Notes: a model not told the origin generated them from the sequence alone. A stretch of 64,000 nt of DNA from Mytilus edulis (GCF_963676685.1 NC_092352.1:31248001-31312000), one strand, 5' to 3'; shown: positions 1 through 14,202, counted from the stretch's first letter. Numbers and translations: made by a program.

Positions 1-587
1 TGTAGGACAAACACCCAGAGTTCTATAAAAAAAATAAAAATAAATAAATATAAATATTGATTCTGATATAAGAGACAAAATTAAAATAATCTTTAAGGAC
101 AAGAGGAGATTGCCAAAATCTGCAATTTTACATCAATTTTTCTAAACCTTGTGCATTGCTGTAGCTCATTAAATATGGTTTTTTTTTCAAACGTTGGAGT
201 TATTCAGACTCTGATGCGATTTTTAAGTGACATATTGCTCAAACTTAGATGCATTTAGTGATAATAGCCATGCTGTTCATATGTAAATACATATATCATG
301 ACACACGCATTCACTTGATCTATGCTTAACCAACTCCAAACCGATTAAAGTGGTTATAATTCAACAGTAAATCCATATTTCTAAATTATCTATATGAATG
401 TGTAACTTTTAAAACACAAAGTAATATTTACCTTTAGAGATATCACATCCGTTACAAATGCATCCATATAATACAAACCCATTAAATCTTTCGGGTACGC
501 AAATACTAAAGCCATGATGTAATGGTCGATCAATCATTTTCTTGAAATTGTATTCAAATACTGCATTTCAATTTTTTTGGTTTTACA

Positions 588-1760
588 ATGCAAATGCTCG
601 TACACAGCATGGGAATTATACAGCATATACTATTTTTTTGCTGTATCTTCTGTGTGTTAGGAGATAATATATCAACCTATAGGGACCTACATAATTTAGT
701 ATTTAAGGATTATGATGCAGAGATTCAACCTATGCCTACGGACAACGGGGAATTTAACATAAGTATAATTTTCCATTTGTTTGCCTTCAACAGCTTTAAC
801 GAAGTAGATGGTGTATTATCTGTAGTGGGCGCTATCACTTTTTTCTGGACAGATGAATCTCTAACATGGAACAAAACATTGTATGATGGAATCGACCAAA
901 TAATTGTACCACAGTCAAAGGTATGGACCCCTAAAGTGATTCTTGTAAATAGTGCTGATACTCTAGCATGGATCGGGTCTGACTCATCGTTTAACGTTCG
1001 GGTTACCAACGATGGCAGACTTCACTGGACACCAGGATCGGTGTTAAATGCCAAGTGCTCTGTTGATGTTCTAAAGTTTCCATTTGATTCTCATTCTTGT
1101 GAGTTACTTCTCTCTGGATTTGGGTATCACAACACTGTCAGACTTAAACCAATCAGCGCAACTACCGAGAACTCGCATCTTATTCTGAGTCAACTATGGG
1201 AGTTGGAAAGTACTTCGGTTGCAAATGATCTTGAACATGAAAGTTCTTTTGAGGTAGTTATAAATTTCAAGAGAAAACCAGTTTATTACACTGTTTTGGT
1301 GTTCACACCCACCGCTGTCTTAGCTTTGCTTAATCCTCTGATATTTATGTTACCTATAGAATGTGGCGAACGGTTGTCTTTTGGGATGACTATTCTGTTA
1401 TCATACATGGTGTTTTTAACACTGGTGTCTGATAAACTTCCAACCACATCAAATCCGATGTCCTTCATGGTTATTTACATTATACTATTGTTCGTGACCA
1501 GTGCATGCATAACCATGTGTAATATAATTAACATGAAGTTATATTGGTCTGAAGAGTCGGAAGCTACAGGGATTCAGGGATGTTTGATCTCTTTTTGCTC
1601 CAAATATCGCCAGAAGAACTCTATTTTAGATGTGAGCGACAAAAAAAGAAAACCAACAACCAAGGATTTTGTACGAATTCTTGATAAAGTTTATGTTTTT
1701 TTCTTTTATACAACTATATTGATAATATTTATAGCTTATCTAACCGTTACAGCTGTATGA
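588..1760 (+). CDS. Cys-loop ligand-gated ion channel subunit, nAChR-like non-alpha (gene 1), single-exon CDS
   Basis: Signal peptide (start could be ATG 609); WTPKVILVN; Cys-loop CSVDVLKFPFDSHSC; four TM helices; M1-M2 LPIECGERLSFGMTILLS; no YxCC. Confidence 0.93.
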   Translation: MQMLVHSMGIIQHILFFCCIFCVLGDNISTYRDLHNLVFKDYDAEIQPMPTDNGEFNISIIFHLFAFNSFNEVDGVLSVVGAITFFWTDESLTWNKTLYDGIDQIIVPQSKVWTPKVILVNSADTLAWIGSDSSFNVRVTNDGRLHWTPGSVLNAKCSVDVLKFPFDSHSCELLLSGFGYHNTVRLKPISATTENSHLILSQLWELESTSVANDLEHESSFEVVINFKRKPVYYTVLVFTPTAVLALLNPLIFMLPIECGERLSFGMTILLSYMVFLTLVSDKLPTTSNPMSFMVIYIILLFVTSACITMCNIINMKLYWSEESEATGIQGCLISFCSKYRQKNSILDVSDKKRKPTTKDFVRILDKVYVFFFYTTILIIFIAYLTVTAV

Positions 1761-4628
1761 AAGATGAAGAAGACGTTTTGATACTGAAGTAGAAATGCAA
1801 TGTATACTAGCATGATTTGTTTCTTGAGTCTTTTAATATAGATTTATTCTGCATCGTATTTTAGTTTTTATTTATCACAGATGGACACAAGGCTAACCAT
1901 AGGGCTACAACTACTTGCGGAAAGCTTTATATTTCAGAGGGTAGAAAACCTGTTTGGACGATCCATACCTTGTATACAAATTCCTTATGTTATGGAGTTG
2001 TCATATGTCCAACGTCCTTGACCTTATTGTTATGAACTGCTTAAAGTTATAGTTATTTTGCCATATGATTTTTTTCACTTATTGTGAAAAATAGGATAGC
2101 TGTATCTGTAAGCGATAGGTCAACTATGATTTGTGTATGGCATGATAACTGTAATGTGTGCTTTTTTGTCTGATCTTACTTTAACCTCATTTGCATGGTT
2201 CGTTGGTCAAGGTTGTTATGTTTTAATCCGTATCTCAAATCTCTTCATTAGTTTCGTTCCTCTCAAGCACTTTCTGGACCAACCTTCATCATGTAAGCTC
2301 AAATTGAAACTTATGAAAGTCACGAATGTTTTATCAGACTCCAACACGTGAAGATGTATTGACTATACGTAACTTGAAACAATAGTCATTTTTTAAGGTC
2401 AACTTTGTCTGATGGAGTTAAATAACAAAAATCCAGATAAACTTCTAATAGATCTATCAAAAGATAAAACACAAGAAACAAAACTATAATCTTATCATTA
2501 ATTTTACCAAGCTAATGCAAAGATCCAATGAACAACTTTTATTTGTATGCGCTTTGAAAACGACATCATATCTCAGCAAGTCACTATATCCGTTGCAAAA
2601 TTTGACCGATTTGTGATATCAAATTCTTTAACATAATACTTTTTAAATGAAATTAAATCAATTAAACTACAAAACGATTTGTTGAAAAAAATAAATTCCA
2701 CGTGTCTGTTTCTAGGCCAATAGGCGTGGTAATAAACCCTTTTGCACAAATAAAATAATACAGTTATAAGTACGCCTGGTTTATTTGCATGTCATCTTTT
2801 TGTATCATGTACTATTATAGACATCTACGCAAATAAAGTGTTGCACGTGTATTGGATTTCCATACGGATTAGCTTTTTTATTCTTCTAATCCTTTTTCTA
2901 GTTTCTAGTAAACAATTTATAAAATCAGATTACTGTTATTCGGTATAACCACAATCAAAATAGCTATAATATCTGGTATAGGTATATATCTTATTTTAAT
3001 CCTGCTATGATAATATTAAATTCAGACAGAACACCAATTAAGATTTACTTAACAATAAATTTAATGACAAAAACTTTCAATCCGATCCCCATTCTCCTTA
3101 ATGAAAATTCAATATTAGTTTCAGATTTTTTTTAGTAGAAAACAAAACATCATCCCTCAGAGTCAATGATCGTATTCTTCTGTAGTAAACGACAGTTATT
3201 CAATATATCTAGAAATAATAATCATGAAACAATATGTAACGATTGTCAAGTATTTCGAATCGTGATTCAAGGACAATCCAACTACAAAAAAAACAAAAAA
3301 ACTTTGTGTTATCCAAAAATTGTTTTGAATGTGCAAAATGAATACTAGAAAATTTCCTCAATAATACCGTGAACACAGTAACGAAATGTCAAATACAGTA
3401 CTTTTGTTGAAAACACAAAATGCGCACATTTATGTTTTGTAGCAGATAAGTGTTTCTGTTGTTCCGTTGTTTTCCTTTTACAATTAATGTGTTCTCCTCA
3501 ATTTAGGTTTATGACCCAGATTAGCTTCAGTTAAATCGATCTATGACTATTAATCAGCGGTATACTACTGTTGCATCTATTTATAACTTTATGCGAAAAA
3601 TGAACAAAGCAAACCATTCACGTGTTGATTTTTTTCATGGTCGCATTCCAACGCATCAACTGCATCTAAAACTAAACTGTCAGTGTGTCAGAAGATACTG
3701 AAAATTTAATTTGTTTTCTTCTGAAGGATGTTAAAATTATGTAATTACATGTTTGGTTGAAGACTCAATTGTGGTAGGTTGTGAGTTCGATCAACGGTTT
3801 GGTCGGTAAATTTATTATTTGTGTTCTATCCCTAATCGTAGCAACTTCGACTGTCTTGTTTTGCATGCATGTAATGCAAGCGACGCTATAAACCATTTCA
3901 ACACACCAGATTTCGCCCACGTTGAAGATAATATTATTTTTCGAGACTTTGGTCTCACGGTTCGTATCTTCGAAATAGATTAGCACGTAAACTGATGCTA
4001 TCCTTTACGTCTAACACTCAACACTATATATATTATAAGCAAAATAAGCCAATAATAACTATTTCTTGAGCAGCACATATGTCTTGTTTCGTTGATATAT
4101 CTTCTGGGAACTGTTAATACCTTACGAATTCTAAATTTGTATTCTAGTACAATATTTTGACATTGCGTAGAATTAAAACATTAAATCAAGAAATGTAATT
4201 TTGGTATCTTTCATTTACAACCCGAAGCGAAAGATAACCAACTAGTATGGGTTTAAAGTGTCTTGTACCAAATCAGGAATACGGCAGTTGTTATATGATA
4301 GTCCGGTTTTATGTATGTTGGGGTTTGTTATTATTGCAGTTCAGTATTTCTGTAGTACTGTTGTTTTCCTCTAATAAGTAGTTAATGTGTTCCCCTCGGT
4401 TAGAATGTAACCCGGATTTGTAATCTCTCAATCGATTTATGACTTTTGAGCAGTAGTATACTACTGTTGCCTTTAACTATAACTAAATCGGTAATTCAAT
4501 TCTTATTATGCACATTTCCCCATAGCGTTATTCTCTCGTTGAAAATCGTACAGTTTATGTATACATTCCTGTAACCAACTCGTTGTCTTTGTAACTTAAA
4601 TCAAGCCATTTGTATTGTATTTTGTACT

Positions 4629-5078
4629 TTCCCGGGCTTGTATTTCCTATCATGATTTCCTTGATAGAGGATTGCTGCTAACAAGGAAGCTATTAAACCA
4701 AGAGTTTCAAAAGGTGAATTTGAAATCATCCCTTCGTAAATTTTACGGACGCCATCACGAGTTGGTTGACCGTTATGGAATAACCGTTTCACAGAGGATA
4801 TCGGATATGTAGTATCTTCAAAACCAGTCCCTTTTCACGAATGTGACCACAGTATGTGACTACTTACCGGATTTGTAATAACATAAGCAACACGATGGGT
4901 GCCACATGTGAAGCAGGATCTGCCTACCCTTCCGGAGCACTTGAGATCTGTTTTCTGTGTTGTGTCTTCTGTACTATTATTTGTCTGTTTGTCTTTTTAT
5001 TTTTAGTCATGGCGTTGACAGTCTATTTTCGATCTTTGATTTTGACTATCCCTCTGGAATCTTTCGTCCCTCTTTTGT
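4629..5078 (+). mobile_element. Penelope-like element 3' fragment
   Basis: SRACISYHDFLDRGLLLTRKLLNQ...KFYGRHHELVDRYG plus non-coding tail; a reverse copy of the tail is at about 45365..45603. Confidence 0.75.
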
Positions 5079-6565
5079 ATTGTTTTACATTTTGACATAC
5101 ATTTTAATCAACCTTATAATATTATTTAAAATAGCGTGTCTGTCGTACTAAATTATAATCCTGGCACCTTTGATAACTATTTACTAATACGGTATGGATT
5201 TTTCTCAGTTTTCTCAGGTGGCCGTACTTTTAATTGTTCATATCGTTCTTACTTTGTTTAAACTTTTCTTTTGGATATTCTGTCATTAGCAGTCATACAA
5301 TAAACTCCTTATTTTTATGAATATGTAGGTATTTTGTTTAGAAGTAGAAATACGTGCAACCATGAAGATAAACTAGTATAATAACTGACAATGTTTCAAA
5401 GAAATAGTACTATGGAGCCAGTAGAACTAAAAACAATATGATATTTGGAATACACTAATTAACCCCCAGCCAACAAGAAAACATATTAGTGCTGTTTTTG
5501 AACTTTCAAATCCCGAAATGAAGAAACATGACATTTGACGCCAAATAATCTAATTACTCTTAATTTTTGTCCGATTTACCGTCCTGAGCTGACCATATTG
5601 AACTCATACTAATAGAATAATCCGTCCAAACAGAAATAATTGTGCAGCTAAATAATATTAATCCTCTAACAATTCATATTTAGTATGTTTGTTAAATTCT
5701 ACAGTATGCAGTCTAGACTTTATACATGAACTATGACAGATAAAAGTCTTAATGGGCATTTAATAAATTAATATTGAAAATAACCAAACAAAACATTTGT
5801 GTAAAAAGAAATTATAAGAAAACAATAGACAGGTGACACAAAGCCTAACATGAAAAGTTAACATGGTCAGTAGATTTGTTAATCGACAATCTAATGATGT
5901 GTTTTTCTGTCAAGTTGCTATAGGATGTTGGGGAGAACACACTTTCAAAAGAAATAATAGTGGGGAATTCACAATGACAAAGCCAATAGAGGGTTCAGTT
6001 TGACATTATCTGATAAAAGGGATTTCATGAACTCGTAATAAACCTAAACCTTATATCGCAACATCAAGATAAACATACCCTGCACCTTTCAACAATTGTA
6101 TATGATATGTTTTGTCATTTATTTCACATAATATTTGACCGATGACAGACAGGGTCATATGATAATTTAGTCTCGAAATTTTTACAAAAAAGGACGAATG
6201 CATGAACTTACAAACATATCCTAATCGGATAAACCTTTCTTTATGAATTTAACTTATACTATACCTTTAATATATTAAAACAACTTTTTACATTCTTTCA
6301 CTCAATTTTGACTAATACGTAACAATTTCTATCATCAGTACACTGGTTGCAATATTTATTCAAAATACTGATTATAGTAATTCTCATGAATTCAATCTAT
6401 GAATAAATGTTTCGAATCAAAAACGTTAATGTTTCTATTTGAATGAACGTGAAAGGAAAAGTTAATACGGCTTGAATGCATTAACAAAAATAAACTTAAG
6501 AAGGTTGATATTTATAAAATATATAAATATACTTAAGAAACACGTCTATATCTTAACAAGTAATA

Positions 6566-7558
6566 ATGTCTTCTATAGCCACAGATGACCTTTTTAATGA
6601 AGACAGGACAGTGGAAGAAACAATAATAGACGAAGTTGTGAAATCTGTCGAAGAAAGGACATGCTTACGTCAAAGACGTTCAATGGCTATGAAAGTGAAA
6701 CTTCAAGAAATGAACGATAGAAAAAATAAACTGGATGAACTCAGACTAAATCGCCTGGCCTCTCTTGGAATTCACGTTGATATCAAACGTATTCGTGACG
6801 AAGTAAAGAAGACAATTGACAATCAAAGAAAAGCACAGACTTACTTTCAGTTAGATTTCGATACTACGTCTGATACTTGTCTTCAAACGGAATCTAACAA
6901 TGAACAAATTCTAGATGTGGAGGTTAAAAAGAACTTGGAAGACCAGATACGTCTTAACATTGCACTTGAAAGGTTGCAACAACTTAACCCGCCACAATAT
7001 GATAAAGACAGTAAACAAGTGAGAAATAAAAGACGTAAATCGGTTTCAAATATCAATGTAGCAAAAAGACCTTCATCTCAGACAACAAAAATGCCAACTG
7101 GACGACGCACGTCAATAAGTAACCCTTCCGGTGAATTCGGCAAGTCTTTACAACGACGCAAGTCAATAAGTAACCCTTCCGGTGAATTCGGCAAGTCTTT
7201 ACAACGACGCAAGTCAATCAGTAACCCTTCCGGTGAATTCGGCAAGTCTTTACAACGACGCAAGTCAATCAGTAACCCTTCCGGTGAATTCGGCAAGTCT
7301 TTACAACGACGCAAGTCAGTAAGTAACCCCTCCGGTGAATTCAGCAAGAATAGTCAAAATTCTTTACAACGACGTCAGTCAATAAGTAACCCATCCGGTG
7401 AATTCAGCAACAAAGGTCAAACACAACGACGCAATTCTATCGGAAACATTTCTGATAGGACAAAATCCAAAGGACCCAAATCACTATTGGCACCTATTGA
7501 AAGCAATGAATTTAAAAAAGTGTCAACTAAAGTGAAAAATGCGGTGAAGGTAAAATAA
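6566..7558 (+). CDS. Unknown basic protein with a 17-aa tandem repeat (RRKSISNPSGEFGKSLQ)
   Basis: 330-codon ATG ORF in AT-rich DNA, open well beyond the repeat; helical/coiled-coil-like N-terminal half. Possible splice donor AAG|GTAAAA at 7550, so it may be one exon of a longer gene. Confidence 0.7.
   Translation: MSSIATDDLFNEDRTVEETIIDEVVKSVEERTCLRQRRSMAMKVKLQEMNDRKNKLDELRLNRLASLGIHVDIKRIRDEVKKTIDNQRKAQTYFQLDFDTTSDTCLQTESNNEQILDVEVKKNLEDQIRLNIALERLQQLNPPQYDKDSKQVRNKRRKSVSNINVAKRPSSQTTKMPTGRRTSISNPSGEFGKSLQRRKSISNPSGEFGKSLQRRKSISNPSGEFGKSLQRRKSISNPSGEFGKSLQRRKSVSNPSGEFSKNSQNSLQRRQSISNPSGEFSNKGQTQRRNSIGNISDRTKSKGPKSLLAPIESNEFKKVSTKVKNAVKVK
7102..7410 (+). repeat. Coding 51-bp minisatellite, about 6 copies
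   Basis: Unit CGACGCAAGTCAATAAGTAACCCTTCCGGTGAATTCGGCAAGTCTTTACAA repeated in frame. Confidence 0.9.
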
Positions 7559-8454
7559 ATCTTTCTGATGTATCGGATTATTTTAGTCAAATTAGTGCTT
7601 GTAAGTTTATATCAATTTGAGATTATTATCAAAGTTTAATTGTTTTATCTAACACTATAAGAAGTGCAGTCGTCATAATAAATTGGTTTAATGTAAGACC
7701 GATTTTATTGTTCTGTGTTAATGGTGTGTATCACACGTTGTAATTGTAAACTATGACAATATTGGACTAATTTATGTTTATTGAAATTATAACAGAACAT
7801 GAACTTGAAATGCCATGTATTGTTTTACTTGCTATGTTTTACAAACTTGTGCAATGATCAAAGTAATTAGAGCTGTTTGATAGCGGTCGTGACAAATTGT
7901 ATCAGTTTAGTTCTTGGTTTAATTCCAAAATAAAAATCGTTGCTTTGAAAGAATAATACTAAAATTTGAAAACATGCCCAATTATAATGAATGCTAGTGG
8001 GTATTGTTATAGCAATTAATAACATTATTTTTGTTTCATTTCTGAACAATGCACTGCATAATACATAAGCAAATAAACTACTGCCAATGCATTTGTCCTA
8101 GTATTCTCTCGTTATTGATCACATTTAATATCCCACGCTACAAAAAGTACCAATTGAAATAAAATCATCAAATGGATAATGGACCTATTACAAAAATACC
8201 AAGTAAAAAAATCATCAAGTATTCTGATACAAAACTAACACGTTTTTAGGGGAGAATAAATACATATTCACAGGTTCATTTATCAACAGTAATATTTAAA
8301 AATAAGTTGCTTTTTGCTTGCCACACTTTGCTCAAAGATATTGAAAGAGTAGTGCTACCGAGTTTGAGCAGCTGATTTGATGGTATACATTGTAATAGTA
8401 AAATAGTGTTAAAAAGTTGTAAAAAAGAGTAAAAAAATTATGTAATATGGTAAT

Positions 8455-9570
8455 AACTCATGAAAGATGAGGTTTATAGGTTTGTTTGCCAGACACGCGT
8501 TTCATCTACATAAGATCTACCAGACAAGACACAAGAAGTAATCATTACATGTATTGACTTTTCTACTGTATTTTTTCTGACTTAAACCCATAGGAACAAA
8601 ACGTTCACCAGTAGTGTTTCGACATAGTGGTTGAAAAAAACCTCATCAAAGATACCAGGTTTATAGTTTAGTACGACAAACGTGTGTTTCGTCTACATAA
8701 TATTCATTATTGGCGCTTCAATAAAAATGGTTAGGGGCTAAATTCAACACCAAGATGGAAGCATGCATTAAAAAGTAAAGGTGACAGACAGTATTTTTCA
8801 AAATGTAGCGTAAGCATTCTTTGCCTGGTTTATAAAAGAGCTAAGTGTGAATAATTAAAAATTCAATAACAGTAATTTTTCATTAAATCGTATCAATGAT
8901 ATTTCATATCATGACAGAAGTATTGACTACTGAGAGTATGATACAATCGGGAACAAAACATTCACCAGAAGTTGCAATGAGCCACTGGTTGTAAATACCA
9001 TTCCATGATATGTATTTGACTTTTGTCCTCTTCATTTTTCTGACTACTATTTTTCGAAAAACTAAGGAATTTCGTATCCCAGGCATAGATTACCTTAGCC
9101 GTATTTGGCACAACCTTTTGGAATTTTGGATCCTCCCTCAATGCTCTTCAACTTTGTACTTGTTTGGCTTTATAAATATTTCGATATGAGCCTCCCTGAT
9201 GATTCTTATGTAGACGAAACGCGCGTCAGGCGTACTAAATTATAATCCTGGTACCTTTGATAACTAACTACGATGCAATACTGGTGAATGTTTGGTTATC
9301 ATCGGGAACAAAACGTTCACCAGTTGTACCTCGACTAGGTGGTTGTAAAAGTTCAGAAAAGCTATCAGGTTTATAGTTTGGTATGATAGACTTGTGTTTC
9401 GTCTACATAAGATTCATTAGTGGCGCTCGACTCAAAATAGTTTGAGTGAAAAGGGAGGGGGGATTCAACACGTAGTTGAAGAGCATGCATTAAAAACCAA
9501 AAGTTGCAGAAAATAGTTCGAAATATAACGTAGGCATTCTTTGACAGGGTTGAAAAAAAGCACATAGGCA
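8455..9570. mobile_element. Decayed retrozyme array (minus strand) with a younger plus-strand retrozyme fragment at about 9051..9268
   Basis: Degenerate GTTTCGTCTACATAAGA motifs near 8500, 8690 and 9400. Plus-strand CTGATGA...GACGAAACGCGCGTC at 9196..9227 with damaged stems. Confidence 0.75.
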
Positions 9571-9689
9571 AAAGGCAAATATGAATATGCCGTGATTGAA
9601 TCAGTTGAAAAAGAAAATAGAAAGATACCAAAGGGACTTTCAAACTGATAGGTCGAAAATATACTGACTGCTCCATACCGTGATTGTTT

Positions 9690-9920
9690 TCCTCAATACT
9701 GACACAGGTGGACGATTCCATACTAAAATCTATGACAAATGGGATGGTTTCAACTTCCCAATTGTCAATTTGCCATTTCACAGCAGTAACATTCCCTCTT
9801 CTCCGTCGTATGATGTTTATGTATCTCAATTGATACGTTGGGCTCTTGCATATTCACACTTCACCGACTTTATCTACAGGAGTGTGCTCCTTACGCAGAA
9901 ACTGCTCCAACAGATTTATA
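9690..9920 (+). mobile_element. Penelope-like RT thumb fragment
   Basis: TKIYDKWDGFNFPIVNLPFHSSNIPSSPSYDVYVSQLIR. Confidence 0.75.
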
Positions 9921-10784
9921 TGTAAACTAACTATGACATCTTACCATGTCTTAGATTGTGGTTAAACATCTATGTGGTACCGAACGTGACCTATTCTCGA
10001 ATTTAACTGTTATACCGAGTATGAATTTGCATTGCTATACCCCATGTCTCGGTATTTTGTACATCCAAGATTCATGTATTTACTTTTTATGTTTCTGTTA
10101 TGGTTTCGGTTGGATAATGTAAAATCGTTTGTAGTCCAAATTATTATAAAATTGCTTTTCAATACCATTGTTCATTGACATGAACATTGTTTGGACTGGT
10201 ATTGTGAATATAACTGTATAAAATTCGAGATTGCATGTTTGTTACGTAAGTGAGTCACTGTTTGTGATGTCCTGTGGTGTTTGTCGTTGATGGCATATGT
10301 TTGTTGTTGTTCTGCGGTTTGCATGTTGTGTCGACTATCATATTATTTGTTTGTGCTTTTCTCTGAGTGTTTTCCTTGCGTGTGTTTGTGCTGTATTTCG
10401 TCACGTAGTGTTGTCACTTTTTGCGATATTGTTTAACATTGTCATAAAAGTAGGAGGTATAGTTAACAATAAAACCAGGTTCAATCAAACATTTTTTTTT
10501 ATTCAAATGTCCTGTACCTAGTCAAGAATATGGCAATTATATTTGATATTTATATATGTTGGCGTTTATTTTTGTTGCACTTAAGTGTTCCTGTTGATCC
10601 TTTGTTTCTTCTTATAGTTGATGAAGTTCCCTCGGTTTTAGTTTGTAACCCAGATTTGTTTCCTCTCAATCGATCTATGACTTTTGAGCAGTAGTATACT
10701 ACTGTCGCCTTTATTTATTACTAAATTGGTAATTTTTATGTGCATTTCCCCACAGCGTTGTTCTCTCGTTGAAAATCGTATACA

Positions 10785-11300
10785 AAGGTTGCCGATTGGT
10801 CTAGACAGCTGGACACAATACATGTGGTGTTGTCTTGATTATCAATAGCACGAGTTCAAATCCGGATAGGGAAAAGCAAAATGTTGCTACCGCAAATTTT
10901 CAGTTTCTATATTGTTGTGCTAATATTTGGAGTAATTATGAATATAATATGTGTTTTCATCCGTGTATTACCTTCACTGGTGATCCAATTGATGGATCTG
11001 TCGTAGAGTTGTCACATGTTTAGACGTGACTGCATCTCACGATCCTTTACGAAAGACAATTTAGCTAATCTACAATCAACTCCATCTTCATGCCTAATAT
11101 ATCATGTACTGCGTTCGTTCTAGATTCTACTGACAAGGTAGAAATATACCACAAGGCCATAGAAAACTGAATTTTGTTCAGTTAAGATGGCCAAGTGGTC
11201 CAGAGAGCCGGACATAGGGTAGGCAGTGTTGTTTCGATATCTCAATAGCATGAGTTAGAATCCCGGCGAGGGAAGAACAAAATTTGCTTCCGCAATCATA
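10785..11300 (+). mobile_element. Diverged relative of the tRNA-headed tandem unit (two heads)
   Basis: GTTAAGATGGCCAAGTGGTCC...GAATCCCGGCGAGGGAAGAACAA; body shares GATCC.ATGGAT, GATCCTTTAC and CATGTACTG with 40915..41745. Confidence 0.7.
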
Positions 11301-11886
11301 CAACATATGCAGGCGCTGCTAGAATATTGACTTATAGAAATAGATAGTACGCAATCAGTGAGTACGGATATTCATTTACTGTTTATTGAAATAATGCATT
11401 ATTATACACCAACTGGGTTGATTACATACATGAACATTGACAAAATAACACATTACTTAATACAATACAAAACTTAATTAAAAAAAGGTGACCAGGATGT
11501 TTTGATAAATGGAACAGCATACTGCATAACTATGGAAATGCAAGACATACATCAAATTTACCCACGTTATCAATCTCATCTATAATTGAATAGATATTTA
11601 TTTGTTTTAAAGATTTACTGAACAAATGAGTATAACAAACTTTCCCCCTTCATACACATCAATTAGTCAGATGATATATGTGTAAGAGACGACAACACAT
11701 CAAAATGATACCGTATCAATATATTTATTTGGAAGAATTAATCTTACCGCAGTTTGTGTGCGATTTCTTATAATATAATGATAATGATGTTCACAATATT
11801 TTATAATGCAATTATAGTGAAATTAAGGACAAATCTTTGAATTGTGCAAATCGTATCATTGTTGACTGGTTTATATTTGATTTTTT

Positions 11887-14202
11887 TTAAGCTGCAGTCG
11901 CCAAGGGAACTAGGAAAAAGACTGACACAGTTAGTGTTCCTACGAGAAACATGATAAAGAAAAACCAGTCCAAAAGTTCTCCCACTGTCTTCCACTGAAT
12001 ATCATCTAAATCATAGTCATAATTGTACATAGGTGGCGTGTCGATGTCAATTTCTTCTGTTGGATCAGGTTCTATTTCTGGAGGATCCATATCGTTACGC
12101 CATTTTTTACATTTCCGACAAGTGAGAAACGATGTCAGATGTTTCAGCCATTTTGGTATCTCTATTGAATCGTCTTGATGGTAAACTCGCAGGGTCATTA
12201 TTGTTATAATAGTTGATAAAGCGCTCATAACCAACATTAGTGTAAGGAAGTAACAAAGAAGAGACATTGGCTGGGAGGCTTGTGGTAAATTTTCAGAAAC
12301 CATAGTGAGGAAAACTGCAAAAGTTAAGAATGCTGTGACGGCATAACCAACTCTTTCACCGGAGTCTGCTGGTAACAAAAATACCAAGCCGTTCAAAAGG
12401 CCTAGAATAACGATTGGAATCACCATATTGATTAGAAAATAACCAGGTCGTCGTTTCATTGTTAATGTGTAGGTTAGGTACGCTGCACTATTAAATGTTT
12501 CCTGGTCCACAGTAGTTGCTGCTAAATCCCATTCTACATTTGTTTGGTAGTAAGTCAGGTCTATGACATTTGTTGTATTTTCTAGAAACACCTACAAGAA
12601 ATAAGAATTCACAAACTGATGATAACAATTAGTATATATATTATATTGAGTTTTACAAATGATAATCACGATTTAGATTAAAAATTATTTTGTAAGAAGT
12701 GCTCTTTTGTGTCAACCTATTGTAACAATTCAGAAGGAACTCGTTTAATCGGACGATATACTGCTGACGGATAGGCTAGTTACTGTTAAGGAATGCTAAC
12801 ATATTTGGTTTAATTCGGATTTACATTTATGGTAATGATGTGGTCAAAGCTTCGGTAACTCAGTGAAGACTACAAAAAAGAAGGAAGTAAAGAAACGAAC
12901 CTGTGAAGCACCGACAATTTTCCAGAAATCTATGTATTAACCAGTCTTTTTATTAACTGTTAATTTTGTTTCATTCTTTAAATGCATAACATTAATGTAT
13001 TAATAACATAAACAACATATAAAATTGGTTGAACATGAGAGGGTTGGAAAAAAAAGTAAAATCACAAAAATACTGAACACCGAGGAAAATAACGACTTCT
13101 TGTTGAAACTACAAGTAAAAGCCGCAATAGTATAACAGTATTAAAAAGTCATAAATCGATTGAGAAAAAACAAATATGGGTTACGAAACAAAACCGAGGG
13201 AAACACATCATATATAAGATGAAAACAAAGGATCAACATAAACAGTACAACAAACCAACCATATAAGAGTATAAACATTGTAGCATAAATTGGTGCTCCC
13301 GTTTTGGACATCGATATTCACGTCTTAAATACACAAGGAGCATGGCATTCTTCATATGGCATCAATCGTGGATGTAAGCGTCTTGAGTAAAGTTTTGCAA
13401 TTATTTGTTGGAACTTAGTCTGTGAGCAGTACAATTAGTATCAAGACGAAAGAGCAATTTATAGTATGTTTAAATCAATATCATATATTATGAAAAGTGA
13501 TTTTTGTACTGTATTTATTTAAATCGATTTACCCTACGTTAATTATCATTCCTTTGAACAACCCAAAGCACACGAAAATACAAAAAAGGGGGAGAACAAG
13601 ATACGAGGTAACAGGAATATGTTTACATTAAATCATCTTCAATATTATATGCTATGGTAACGTACTTGATTGTCGTAATATCCCCATGGCGTAAACTTCA
13701 CCTTACACGACTGTGTGTCGAACGGATAGTATGAGACATCTACAGGACATCCCGTCTTGGACACAACACCAACTGTCCAGGAGTGCACACCAGTACTCGT
13801 TATCCTCATTTTATAACTAGTATGTCCTAATTCTTCCAAAGATTCTACAGAGTTAGACAAGACCAGAGACGGTTTCCAAAAATTATCCTGCGGTAACAAA
13901 ATCTCTGTCATAGGGTTAGTACCTGCTGTCCAGGTTAGCAAATCGTTTGTCCAGTTTACGTCTATAAAGCCAACGAGCTCCAATTGCCCTGCTATCTCGT
14001 CAAAGTTAGTAATTGCTATTAGGTAAAACTTCATATAAACCGTTAATTTGTCGGTCTGTGCCTCTTTGGGAAATATTTTTTTGTTGTAACTTGTGAATGT
14101 AGAACTGTCAAGAAAATTCTTAAAGTCGTCTGAAGACTGTGATGAAATTGGCACTAAGAAAGTATAAAACATACATAAAAACAAAAGATACTTGTTTGCC
14201 AT
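11887..14202 (-). CDS. nAChR-like non-alpha subunit (gene 2), two exons: complement(join(11887..12591,13666..14202)), about 413 aa
   Basis: Exon 1 runs MANKYLL...CPVDVSYYPFDTQSC...WGYYDNQ, then donor GTACGT at 13665. Acceptor ttcttgtag precedes 12591 and the frame continues VFLENTT...GERVGYAVTAFL...M4. Phase-0 intron of 1074 bp. Confidence 0.92.
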
